From a virus (taxonomy: Duplodnaviria > Caudoviricetes): 36,874 nt of DNA. The notes under the pieces were generated by a model, which did not search any database, was not told the DNA's origin, and saw only the letters and a list, made by a program, of their open reading frames with translations. Location of the stretch: positions 1-36,874 of IMG/VR virus record IMGVR_UViG_3300031802_000005, one strand, 5' to 3'. The translations under genes and the position numbers were made by a program. Position 1 is the stretch's first letter. Each line of letters starts with the position of its first letter. Below, in pieces: positions 35,301 to 36,874 of this stretch.

Positions 35301-35308
35301 ATTTCTCC

Positions 35309-36343
35309 CTATCTTATTGGTGGTACATATAATATGCCACCATTATTCCATAAATTGTTTAATCCTCTTTCTAAAGCAAGTGGTGTTTCTTCTCCCACAT
35401 TTCTTTCAAAAGATTCTCCGTAGTTTCCTACTTGTTTAATAATATTATATCCAAACTTCATTCCAAGTCCTAACATAGGACCAATATAACCTTCCACCCC
35501 TAAAATTCTTTTAACTTCTTTTGATTTAGAAGTTAACATTAAATCAACATTTTTAGAAGTGATACCTGCCTCTTCAGCATTAACCATAATGTTATGTGTC
35601 CATCTAACTACATCTTCCCATTCTTGGTCGCCTTGTCTTACAAGTGGACCTAAAGGTTCTTTAGATATAATTTCAGGTAATACCATCCAATCATCTGGAT
35701 TTTCTGCACCTGCTCTTGCGGATGCTAAACCAGAAGCGTCTGTAGTAAAGACATCACACTCACCACTAAACAATTTTGCTTTTGCGTCTTTGTTACCTTC
35801 AACATATACTGGTCTATAAGCCATATTGTTTTCTGCAAAGTAATCATTTAAATTTAATTCGGATGTTGTTTCTGCTGTAATACAAACAAACGCACCATTT
35901 AATTCTGTTGCATTTTCAATATCTAAATCAGTAGGTACTAAAAATCCTTGTCCATCATAATAATTAATACCTGCAAATTCAAACATTAAATTAACATCCC
36001 TACTAATTGTCCAAGTAGTATTTCTTGCAAGTAAATCAATTGAACCAGAAGCTAATGTTGGAAATCTTTGAGCAGCGTTTAAACCTATAAACTCTACTTT
36101 ACTTGAATCTCCAAATATTCCAGCGGCAACTGCCCTACAAAAATCAACATCTAAACCACTCCAATTTCCTTCTTCATCCTTAGCGGAGAAACCAGGTAAA
36201 CCTGCATTAACTCCACATACAACATAACCTCTATCTTTTACAACATCAAGTAGACCTAATTCTTTTTCTACTATAAAACTCTTTGTTGTATTACAACCTA
36301 CTAAAAATAGTGTTGCAATTAATATCATTAATAATTTTTTCAT
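35309..36343 (-). CDS. aapJ: General L-amino-acid ABC transporter substrate-binding protein (AapJ/BztA/YhdW family), lipoprotein
   Basis: CGV..GLPGFS, GLDVDFCRAVAA, RF..L.SG.ID.L.RNTTWT.SRD, YYDGQGF, ISKEPLGP.VRQGD, VGNYGE.FERN.G, RGLN.LW..GG..Y.PPIR. LVGC lipobox. Confidence 0.93.
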   Translation of the reverse strand: MKKLLMILIATLFLVGCNTTKSFIVEKELGLLDVVKDRGYVVCGVNAGLPGFSAKDEEGNWSGLDVDFCRAVAAGIFGDSSKVEFIGLNAAQRFPTLASGSIDLLARNTTWTISRDVNLMFEFAGINYYDGQGFLVPTDLDIENATELNGAFVCITAETTSELNLNDYFAENNMAYRPVYVEGNKDAKAKLFSGECDVFTTDASGLASARAGAENPDDWMVLPEIISKEPLGPLVRQGDQEWEDVVRWTHNIMVNAEEAGITSKNVDLMLTSKSKEVKRILGVEGYIGPMLGLGMKFGYNIIKQVGNYGESFERNVGEETPLALERGLNNLWNNGGILYVPPIR

Positions 36344-36347
36344 ATAA

Positions 36348-36650
36348 TTAATCCTGTGTTAATACCTTAATTTGTTTCTTTTTCTTCTTTTCAGTTAATG
36401 ATTTAGCTGTACCACCCAATTTTAAACTACCTGATTGGTCTGGCATTTTATTTCTAATACTAATAATATTGCCATCTTTATCTATTTCAGCCATTGATGG
36501 TCCACAAATTACTCTACGTCCATCCCTTAATTTTTCAATCTTTCTTTTCTCTTTCAAACAATCCATTAAACCATCATACTTAACAAATTCGCTTGAAGTA
36601 TCGGTTACAATGAACATTGTTATAATAGTAACTAGTGTAGCGGCATCCAT
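36348..36650 (-). CDS. Hypothetical membrane-anchored protein, likely paralogue of 34899..35300
   Basis: Hydrophobic N-terminus; GLMDCLKEKRKIEK...VIC. Confidence 0.75.
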   Translation of the reverse strand: MDAATLVTIITMFIVTDTSSEFVKYDGLMDCLKEKRKIEKLRDGRRVICGPSMAEIDKDGNIISIRNKMPDQSGSLKLGGTAKSLTEKKKKKQIKVLTQD

Positions 36651-36874
36651 TTAATGTGTCCCCCCATTATTTCCGTTTTTCTGGTCTCTAATTTTGTCCT
36701 TTAACTTCTCTATATCTAATAAAGCTTTTTCCATATCAGTCTGCAACCTTTCAATATTTACTTGGTTGTTCATCATACCCTTTAACTGTCCTTGTAAAGC
36801 CTCCACTTGTCCACTTAAAAATTCTATAAGCATAAATTGCTCGGAATCAGCAGGCGGAGAACCTAAATCCCCCC
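36651..36874 (-). CDS. Coiled-coil hypothetical protein, 5' end outside the window
   Basis: Frame stays open upstream of ATG 36833 to the window edge (GDLGSPPADSEQFMLIEFL...). Confidence 0.75.
   Translation of the reverse strand, partial: GDLGSPPADSEQFMLIEFLSGQVEALQGQLKGMMNNQVNIERLQTDMEKALLDIEKLKDKIRDQKNGNNGGTH

Noticed and set aside
23383-36654. Track ORFs 23383+, 24159+, 26455+, 26705+, 29010-, 34146+, 35559+, 36469+
   Set aside because: Antisense or out-of-frame to better-supported genes. 26705+ crosses the repeat/AT-rich gap with no start signals.
1-36874. tRNA/rRNA genes, introns or inteins
   Set aside because: No cloverleaf, T-loop context or interrupted core gene recognised by eye; tRNAscan-SE and Infernal would be needed to exclude them.

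Overview
AT-rich (roughly 30% GC by eye) fragment of a T4-like myovirus genome. Most of it is the minus-strand baseplate/tail module: tape-measure-like protein, gp48, gp53, hub, gp5, PAAR, gp25, gp6, gp7-like, gp9/10-like, gp8, VrlC/DUF4815 and fibre-like proteins, plus gp4 on the + strand. Many genes follow T4 late-promoter motifs (TATAAATA). Gene content suggests a marine virus of an AT-rich alphaproteobacterium, possibly SAR11-type (inference only). Accessory parts: (i) a left-hand modification island (three glycosyltransferase-like genes, Asp/Asn beta-hydroxylase, radical SAM, epimerase); (ii) a ~5 kb island between PAAR and gp5 with full-length ribosomal protein L7/L12, a 2OG-Fe(II) oxygenase flanked by a duplicated inverted promoter cassette, and an array of tiny membrane peptides; (iii) host-like IscA/ErpA and AapJ genes at the right. 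The strongest unexplained DNA-level signal surrounds gene 5 (26.4-28.5 kb): four regularly spaced 11-bp repeats beside an AT-rich tract, a dense GGCC cluster and TTACGC repeats, a candidate origin or packaging locus. Several late genes appear leaderless. No tRNA, rRNA or CRISPR array was recognised. All counts were made by eye.
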